A stretch of 7,488 nucleotides of DNA from Octopus sinensis (Eukaryota). A program made the translations under genes and the position numbers. Below the pieces are notes generated by a model. That model saw nothing but the letters and a program-made list of their open reading frames with translations, was not told where the DNA came from and searched no databases. Of this stretch, positions 6,431 to 7,488 are shown in pieces (position 1 is the first letter of the stretch; each line of letters opens with the position of its first letter). Location: assembly GCF_006345805.1 (NCBI RefSeq), contig NW_021828838.1, positions 1 to 7,488 on the forward strand, read 5' to 3'.

Positions 6431-7488
6431 CAAACTGTATTTGATTTATTTCGCTTTCTATGTTATGTTTGACATTTTACACGTTTTACTAATTTTTATT
6501 CAGCTTTGGAGGAAAAGCACGGTCTAAGGAAACTTTTATGGTTGTCCCACCAACTCTCAATATAGGACTAGAAGAATCTTTCTTCTTTTTGACCCCCTGA
6601 ATCTATAAAGGTATTATAAATGTATGAAGTTCCATTGATCAATCACTTCATAATTTTTGTATAGCCAAGAAGTCAGTATCAAAAGATTTCCAGGTTCTAA
6701 AGTTTTTCTAGTTGTCGCACATTGATTTCCGCGGTTCTGAACTACCTACCATAATGGTAATTTTCATTTTGACCCATTTTCAAGGGATAAAACTTCATAT
6801 TTAGAGTAGATCCAAATGCTGTATTTTCAGATTTTTATACTCACCGTTAGGTATATGTTTAGAATATATATAGTTTTATATAGTTTCATCTTAGTGATAA
6901 GAAGTTATCCTGGTACAAAACTGGATACAATTTTCAAACCTTGTCACTTTGTTGTTATTGACTGCTCACCCTGCACCACGTTGCACAAGAAAAAAGGCGT
7001 CTGAGTAAATGAATTCGGGTGTTCTACTAAGATGTCAGACCTTGTGCATCTTTATTAGATATATTCTTTAATGCATTTGTCATATTAAATTCGAGTCTAT
7101 ATCCTTTTATAGTTCGGTCTGTTATTACCAAGACTAGTTCACATTTGTTGCTGTGGGGATCATGATCCCACTTACCTCCTCCCGGACACTTCTCCTTTAG
7201 CCTTGTGCCTCTCAAGGATCTAAACTTGGTTAATGCATATTTGTGGCTTGCATTTCTCGGTTATGTGTCTCGAGATGTGTTTGCTCATGCATGTTCCCCT
7301 TAGGTGCATCTATGGATTGCAACTATAGTGTGACCTCATGTGTTACCGTATACTGAAACATACGTAACAGACAAAATAAAGGAATACTATGTTCGAGCCC
7401 ATATACTCTTCTGTCATTATTGATGCACTCTGTGTATTACTTTATAGCCCATCTCTGACGGCACAGGACCCCTTATGAACACGTGACA

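Noticed and set aside
5187-7215. Remaining short ORFs (5187-5450, 5419-5601, 5631-5909, 5869-6108, 6018-6212, 6816-7004, 7027-7215)
   Set aside because: They lie in SINE or repeat sequence, or lack any recognisable motif or splice support.
7176-7352. Minus-strand exon between TTTCAG and GAG|GTAAGT
   Set aside because: All three frames contain stops; the shorter 44-nt alternative has a poor acceptor.

Overview
Eukaryotic, AT-rich, repeat-saturated genomic DNA with no prokaryotic features (no operons, rRNA, tRNA genes or CRISPR). From memory, the SINE families resemble octopod cephalopod (Octopus-type) SINEs; this is recognition, not a database hit. The window is a mosaic: tRNA-derived SINEs and fragments, a decayed CR1-type LINE reverse transcriptase, a 185-bp MITE (perfect 30-bp TIRs, 8-bp TSD), two copies of an (AAT)n-flanked repeat, a DNA-transposase C-terminal remnant, many microsatellites, a 4x tandem block that may be an assembly artefact, and one plausible 102-nt host coding exon. 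The most interesting signal is a near-canonical type I hammerhead ribozyme (485-583). It lies in a ~375-bp insert sitting in the (TA)n tract that splits a SINE, consistent with a Penelope-like/retrozyme-type element. Two further decayed hammerhead-like motifs lie at 3367-3455 and 2142-2175. Most ORFs in the supplied track are microsatellite translation artefacts. All structures were folded by eye and no search or folding program was run.
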